A stretch of DNA of 31,649 nt from an uncultured Rhodopirellula sp. (lineage in GTDB: Bacteria; Planctomycetota; Planctomycetia; Pirellulales; Pirellulaceae), in assembly GCA_964007735.1 (NCBI GenBank), contig CAXGAI010000016.1, positions 62,001 through 93,649 of the forward strand, written 5' to 3'. Below, in pieces: positions 27,644-31,649 of the stretch. The translations under genes were made by a program, and so were the position numbers. The notes beneath the pieces are model-generated. The model saw nothing but the letters and a program-made list of their open reading frames with translations. It did no database searches and was not told the DNA's origin. The first letter of the stretch is position 1. Each line of letters begins with the position of its first letter.

Positions 27644-28710
27644 GGTCTTACCATCACACGTATTGGTTTCTCCCGGAGAGCAAAGTCAACTGCTTCATTA
27701 ATATCCACGAGTTTAAAAGACTTTTCAACTAGTTCTCGGAATGGAAATTGTGAGCCCGATGCTTCAAGAAAGGAGATCGCTGCTTGGAGATCATCCGGTC
27801 GGTAATTATGGACGCCGACGAGCTGAATCAGATTGCGAACGAGAAATTCAGGGTCGAGCGAAATAGCTGGACTGGGGGCGACGGTGCCTACAAGGACGAA
27901 CGTTCCGTGAATGTCGAGCAACTGGACCGCGGCTTCGATGGCTGCTGAGGACCCGGAAAAGTCCAGCACGGCATCAAATTTCCCTAGTAAGGATTGAATG
28001 TCCACCGCGATTTCATCGGCACCAAAGTCAAGAGCTTGTTCACGTCGTTTGTTATCGGGTTCAACCACCGTGACACAGGTCGCACCTTGAGTTTTCAAGT
28101 AAGCCGTTGCGGTCAAGCCTAGCATGCCTGCTCCGATGATCAGCACCTTTTTCTCAGCAATCGCGCGAAGTTGCCTGCAAGCCGCCAGTACTGTGGCCGT
28201 AGCACAGTTTGCCGGGCAAAGTACCTCATCCTCAAGATCAGATTCGATTTTATAAACAGCGGTCGTTTTGGGTAGCAAAACGTATTCTGCGAATCCTCCC
28301 AGAAAACCAGAAATAGGTTCAAATTGTTCATGCCCGATCTTTTTCAGTTCACCGCATTTTTGCGGTATTGATTCCTCACATCGGTCGCAATGGCCACAAC
28401 TAATACATATCGACCAGGTCAGTCGATCTCCTTTTTTAATTTGGGTGCCCGTAAGATCAAATCGCGGTGTGGAGCCAATTGCTTCGACATGGCCAATAAT
28501 TTCATGGCCCAGGATCGTGGGGGTGTCCTCTTTTCGTTTACCTGTGATTGTATGCAGATCACTTCCGCAAATAGTACACGCATTGACTTTTACTAATAGT
28601 TCATCATCAGTAATAACTGGAATGGATTCGTGGCGTATTTCAAGCGTCTGATTAGGTTCATTAAAAATAGCAACCTGGCAGGTCTCAGACTTAGCAGAAT
28701 TTGAATTCAA
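27640..28710 (-). CDS. Zn-dependent alcohol dehydrogenase, phosphonate-cluster type (TIGR03366-like)
   Basis: ICGSDLH, LGHE, structural Zn CGHCDRC...KC, CPANCATAT, GAGMLG, GVHNY motifs; TTG start. Confidence 0.85.
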   Translation of the reverse strand: MNSNSAKSETCQVAIFNEPNQTLEIRHESIPVITDDELLVKVNACTICGSDLHTITGKRKEDTPTILGHEIIGHVEAIGSTPRFDLTGTQIKKGDRLTWSICISCGHCDRCEESIPQKCGELKKIGHEQFEPISGFLGGFAEYVLLPKTTAVYKIESDLEDEVLCPANCATATVLAACRQLRAIAEKKVLIIGAGMLGLTATAYLKTQGATCVTVVEPDNKRREQALDFGADEIAVDIQSLLGKFDAVLDFSGSSAAIEAAVQLLDIHGTFVLVGTVAPSPAISLDPEFLVRNLIQLVGVHNYRPDDLQAAISFLEASGSQFPFRELVEKSFKLVDINEAVDFALREKPIRVMVRP

Positions 28711-28751
28711 TGTCGGCGTCCTTTAACAAGAGCTCGGAAGGAGGATTTGTT

Positions 28752-30023
28752 TCAACGTCTCAAAGCCTCTTTATTGGAGAGCCGGTTTTGGAAATAGACT
28801 GCCGCGATGACAAGACAAAGGATTGAAAAACCAGCCAGAGAGTAAAGTGTATTTTGAAACAGGGCTAATTTATTGGTTGAAGATTCAAAGAACGGTTTAA
28901 CAGATAATAGAACAACATAACCGAGGTATCCAATCGAATCGGCTAGATACATTAAAAAAACAAGATTACCTCTTAAGGGCGATGCAGAGACAATTCTTTC
29001 GAAGACGGTGGTGTGAAAGGCAACGTATGGAATGTAAAGTCCAATCCCACAAAGTACCATGTAAAACAGCGGCGTCATTCCGCCTTGATTCTGGATAAAC
29101 GTTGAACCGATCAAAAGCACAAAGGCCAGAGTCATGATGATAAAAGTTACGCGAAGCGCGCGGAGGTTGTTTCGCATGTAGATGGCAACTGCGTTCAACA
29201 TCGTTACGATTGCCATCACGATTGTTTCGGAACTTGCGTAAACGGACGGTTTATCACGGATCCCCAAGCCCTGCCAAATTTCCACACCAAAGTCATCCCG
29301 GAAGGTACGAATGATCGTTAAAGTGACGTACACAATAAATAGTAATAAAAGCCCGGGCCAATAGGTCGCAAAAAAGTTCCAGCGATCACCTTTGTTCATG
29401 GTAGAACGTTTTTTTCGGGCCTGAACGTCGAGTGCACTGGGAGGAGGCGTTTTCTGGAGAACCCAGACAGAGAAAAGTAAAGGCAGCAGGAATATCAATC
29501 CGACGATCATTGGCATGTGGAATTCATCCACACTTTTATCCAGGATTAACCATTGTCCGATAGATTTGACGACACCGGAGGACATGATGAAGCTCGCACA
29601 AAGTGCGGCTGATAAAGCTTCGGTGGTGGTACGGCCCTCCAGAAACGAAAGGACAAAGCCGAATACCATCCCCAGCGGCAAACCGTTGAGAAACATCGCA
29701 ATCAATTTGTAATCAGCAGGAAGAATTGCGAAGAGAACTAAAGCCAGTTCAGAAAAGATAATTAATCCAACGATCGCTAATGCACGGTATTTACGGTTTA
29801 GCTCGGAGACGAGCCTGACACCAACAAACTTGGAAGTCATATAGCCAAGCAGCTGAGAAATAATCAGCACGGACTTCAATTCATTGTTGAAGACCTCTTG
29901 GCCGTCAAAGGCTGCTGCCGTAAACGGTTTTCGAAACGCATACATGCAGAAGTAAACAGAGAAAGCCGCTGCTGCAGCGATCCAAAGACTTTTTCTGTTT
30001 GTACTGGAGGATTGATCGCTCAT
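28752..30023 (-). CDS. DUF5690-like MFS-type membrane protein (putative phosphonate permease)
   Basis: About 11-12 TM helices; YFCMYAFRKPF, FLNGLPLGMVFG, FLEGR, RTFRDDFG, FER, YLADSIGYLG motifs. Confidence 0.78.
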   Translation of the reverse strand: MSDQSSSTNRKSLWIAAAAAFSVYFCMYAFRKPFTAAAFDGQEVFNNELKSVLIISQLLGYMTSKFVGVRLVSELNRKYRALAIVGLIIFSELALVLFAILPADYKLIAMFLNGLPLGMVFGFVLSFLEGRTTTEALSAALCASFIMSSGVVKSIGQWLILDKSVDEFHMPMIVGLIFLLPLLFSVWVLQKTPPPSALDVQARKKRSTMNKGDRWNFFATYWPGLLLLFIVYVTLTIIRTFRDDFGVEIWQGLGIRDKPSVYASSETIVMAIVTMLNAVAIYMRNNLRALRVTFIIMTLAFVLLIGSTFIQNQGGMTPLFYMVLCGIGLYIPYVAFHTTVFERIVSASPLRGNLVFLMYLADSIGYLGYVVLLSVKPFFESSTNKLALFQNTLYSLAGFSILCLVIAAVYFQNRLSNKEALRR

Positions 30024-30038
30024 AAATTCCGGTGGCTG

Positions 30039-30728
30039 TTAGGGTATCGCCTGAAACATCTGATGAATGATTAGCTCGCCTCGAATTATCTTGATTTGCA
30101 GATCGAAGAATCCGGCACCGCGAGCGATATGGGGAAAAGTCACAGAATAATTATCGCCTTGCTTACGAAAGCTCATTGGCTTATCCCATGCAATTTGTTC
30201 GAAGTTCTCCTGTCGGACAGCGGGTTCCACCGTATAATTTGGCTCCAGCAACATCTGCAGGATTCTCTCGGCTTCTTCCAGAGTCATCCCTTGTATTGTT
30301 CGCGCTCGATAATCTTTTTTTCCTACCTTCAGAATAGTCTCCTTGCGAATCGCCGGTTTGCCTGCCCAAAATTCACCAACTCGTAGATCATCCTTTCCTG
30401 GTCCTTCGTTGGGGAGCCACCATTTCTTATAGTTAATATTAAGGATTTCGCTGGTGACTTCTCGATTTTTAACTTGTTCCACACTCTGAACCTGAATGCC
30501 GCGAGCGTCAGTGGGCAGAAGGTAGTAGGTGGAAATCTTTGCTACCTTTTTAATTCCTCTTTGAGCAGCCAAATCCAGCACAATCTTTTCTTGCGATGGT
30601 GTCAGTACTGCACCAGCTACATAATCCGTCTCTACTTTATTTTTTACTTTCGCGGAGGCTGTAAAAGGTGGTGAGATTCCCAGGTAAATTGCACAGAATA
30701 TGTAGATTCCTAGTTGTTGTCTGTTCAT
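30039..30728 (-). CDS. Hypothetical exported protein
   Basis: GGAGG RBS; signal-like N-terminus (ASA|K); stop 15 nt upstream of the permease start. Confidence 0.7.
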   Translation of the reverse strand: MNRQQLGIYIFCAIYLGISPPFTASAKVKNKVETDYVAGAVLTPSQEKIVLDLAAQRGIKKVAKISTYYLLPTDARGIQVQSVEQVKNREVTSEILNINYKKWWLPNEGPGKDDLRVGEFWAGKPAIRKETILKVGKKDYRARTIQGMTLEEAERILQMLLEPNYTVEPAVRQENFEQIAWDKPMSFRKQGDNYSVTFPHIARGAGFFDLQIKIIRGELIIHQMFQAIP

Positions 30729-30944
30729 AGGTTTTGCCTCCCCGAATAGTGAAGTATCACCAGTTGTATATGCTGAGCCATAGTGCCATTTAGATAAACT
30801 AACACAAGAATAGCAGAGGTTATCTTTCTAGACTTGTAAAATCACGTGGATATATTTTGCTAGCTAATAATTTCCTAACAATACCTTAATAATTAGACGG
30901 GTGCTCTCGGGGCGAAGTTCCTTAAAGATTAAGCTGGGCGGATA

Positions 30945-31394
30945 ATGGTACTTAGGTTCTTAGCATCGATTTTGCTAATAGCGATCTATCTTGCGATGGC
31001 TGTTGGCGGGGATGTTTTTCACAAGTTGCAGCATGTAGTGGTCGACGGTGTGTGCTCAGGGCATTCCGCGGGTAATACGCCGTCATGTGGGGAAGAAACG
31101 CAGGATACTTGTTCGCATGCTCATGCAGAGCACAAAACAGAGTTAAGTTCTGAAAATGAAGATCTTCTGGGTACGACCTTTCCTGGCAAGGATTATCAAA
31201 ATAATCGTTCATCGGATTGTTGGACTTGCTATGTCTTGTCCCAGGCAGGTGATACTCCTTTTAAAATCACTGTTGATACTTGTCAAGATTTCGTTTGTTT
31301 CATCGTAGCCACTTATGGACAGTTGCATGTTCCGCCAAATCCACGACATTTTTGTGTGCGTGGGCCACCAGAATCTCTTTTCCCACAGTCATGA
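30945..31394 (+). CDS. DUF2946-like His/Cys-rich protein with a C-terminal RGPP motif
   Basis: N-terminal hydrophobic helix; His-rich linker (HKLQH, HSAG, HAHAEH); DCWTC CxxC; RGPP encoded at 31359-31370. Confidence 0.72.
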   Translation: MVLRFLASILLIAIYLAMAVGGDVFHKLQHVVVDGVCSGHSAGNTPSCGEETQDTCSHAHAEHKTELSSENEDLLGTTFPGKDYQNNRSSDCWTCYVLSQAGDTPFKITVDTCQDFVCFIVATYGQLHVPPNPRHFCVRGPPESLFPQS

Positions 31395-31450
31395 ACCAGT
31401 GGTTTTTGGCCATCTATACATTTCTTGAAGTACCCGTCTTTTAAGTCACA

Positions 31451-31466
31451 GGGTACATCAATTGCA
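31451..31466 (+). promoter_or_regulatory. Possible sigma54 (-24/-12) promoter
   Basis: GGGTACATCAATTGCA: GG-N10-GC spacing and TTGCA conserved, first T replaced by G; about 65 nt upstream of ATG 31530. Confidence 0.45.
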
Positions 31467-31529
31467 AGCAGTCACTTTTTGACTGAATTGCAGCAGAGCA
31501 GATTCAAAATATTCAAGGCGAGGAATAAA

Positions 31530-31649
31530 ATGAAATATCCAGTTAAAAAACAGTTCGGTTTTACCTTACTCGAAGTACTCATGGTTGTCGCAATGTTAGC
31601 GATTGTCGGTGGAGCAATTCTCACCAATTACGGAGGCCTAACCGATAAA
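31530..31649 (+). CDS. Prepilin-type N-terminal cleavage/methylation protein (type IV pilin or T2SS pseudopilin-like), 3' truncated
   Basis: Translates MKYPVKKQFG|FTLLEVLMVVAMLAIVGGAILTNYGGLTDK; class III signal with Glu at +5; GAGGA RBS; not in the ORF track. Confidence 0.88.
   Translation, partial: MKYPVKKQFGFTLLEVLMVVAMLAIVGGAILTNYGGLTDK

Noticed and set aside
30870..30900. CTAACAATACCTTAATAATT as a Pho box for the phosphonate operon
   Set aside because: Only a weak resemblance to 11-bp direct repeats in AT-rich DNA; not distinguishable from chance
1..31649. CRISPR arrays, tRNA/rRNA genes, IS elements, prophage or defence genes
   Set aside because: No regularly spaced DNA repeats, RNA-gene signatures, transposase/integrase motifs or phage genes were seen; intergenic gaps are short

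Overview
Gene-dense bacterial window, most likely from a planctomycete (inferred from the sulfatase, the PQQ-like propeller with N-terminal TM helices, an ECF sigma/Ser-Thr kinase pair with the planctomycete-type kinase N-terminal helical segment, and a GFTLLE prepilin). I found about 36 CDSs and no rRNA, tRNA, CRISPR array or transposase. Main points: (1) a phosphonate catabolic operon (unknown exported protein, DUF5690-like permease, Zn-ADH, PhnZ-type HD oxygenase, TIGR03364-type FAD oxidoreductase, phnX) with no phnW, phnY or C-P lyase in the window. (2) An ECF sigma factor coupled to a soluble cNMP-binding Ser/Thr kinase. It is flanked by a CsgG/FlgT-like exported protein and two divergent, apparently paralogous secreted S/Q/N/F/R-rich proteins, a candidate extracellular fibre or amyloid system. 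(3) A DUF2946-like His/CxxC/RGPP ORF, a candidate metal-sensing ribosome-arrest leader, directly upstream of a prepilin-type gene. (4) Four sigma54-like -24/-12 motifs, all upstream of exported proteins. (5) An Fe-S-less bacterial (6-4) photolyase-type protein, an apparently catalytically dead STE24/M48-like membrane protein, and two small membrane ORFs missing from the ORF track. All family calls come from motif recognition by eye; no database searches were run.
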